From NCBI RefSeq assembly GCF_000011805.1, contig NC_006840.2: a stretch of DNA of 32,000 nucleotides. One strand, 5' to 3'. This document shows, piece by piece, positions 31,866 through 32,000 of the stretch (positions are counted from its first letter, which is position 1; every line of letters begins with the position of its first letter). The notes beneath the pieces are model-generated. The model saw only the letters and a program-made list of their open reading frames with translations. It was not told where the DNA came from and searched no databases. Source of the stretch: Aliivibrio fischeri ES114. GTDB taxonomy: Bacteria; Pseudomonadota; Gammaproteobacteria; Enterobacterales; Vibrionaceae. A program made the translations under genes and the position numbers.

Positions 31866-31951
31866 GGATTATTTTCAAATTATTTTGAAGTCCTAAAACT
31901 CATTGTTCTCATGGATAAAGTTATTTATCTTTTCCTTGGGAACGGAGGCGC

Positions 31952-31979
31952 ATTATAGAGAGCTAATTAGGATTGGCAA
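31952..31979 (-). promoter_or_regulatory. rrn operon 3 promoter P1
   Basis: The minus strand reads TTGCCA-16 nt-TATAAT followed by the GC-rich discriminator gcgcctcc. An A/T-rich tract lies upstream (31980..32000). It resembles E. coli rrn P1 (TTGTCA-16-TATAAT-gcgcc). Confidence 0.7.
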
Positions 31980-32000
31980 GCGATATTTAAAAATAATCAT

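Overview
This window is conserved core chromosome from a Vibrionaceae-type gammaproteobacterium. The assignment is an inference from near-E. coli synteny, Vibrio-like protein and rRNA sequences, and AT-rich coding regions. I found no mobile element, CRISPR array, defence island or unexplained multi-gene system. Every sizeable ORF outside the rRNA genes is a recognisable housekeeping gene. Positions 1-9600 (minus strand) carry the transcription/translation cluster thrU-tyrU-glyT-thrT-tufB, secE-nusG, rplKA, rplJL and rpoB, with recognisable promoters, terminators and the rplL-rpoB attenuator. Positions 9700-14600 carry coaA (+), birA and murB (-), a small GNAT-like gene (+) and pssA (+). Positions 14700-32000 are three complete rRNA operons in direct tandem on the minus strand. 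Their 16S-23S spacers carry different tRNA sets: Glu-Lys-Ala-Val, Ile-Ala, and a single Ala(GGC). The last operon ends in tRNA-Asp followed by two decayed tRNA-Asp/terminator repeat units. Points worth a second look: (1) rplJ is split by a 1-nt shortfall in an A-run. (2) The rrn copies differ in a mosaic, compensatory pattern, including a swapped 16S V3 helix. (3) The Ala(GGC) spacer tRNA differs from Ala(UGC) only in a 15-nt anticodon-arm block. (4) The tRNA-Asp relic/terminator units form a 180-bp tandem repeat. (5) Only the leading operon has tandem P1+P2 promoters. All RNA ends and regulatory coordinates come from hand alignment to remembered E. coli sequences and may be off by a few nt.
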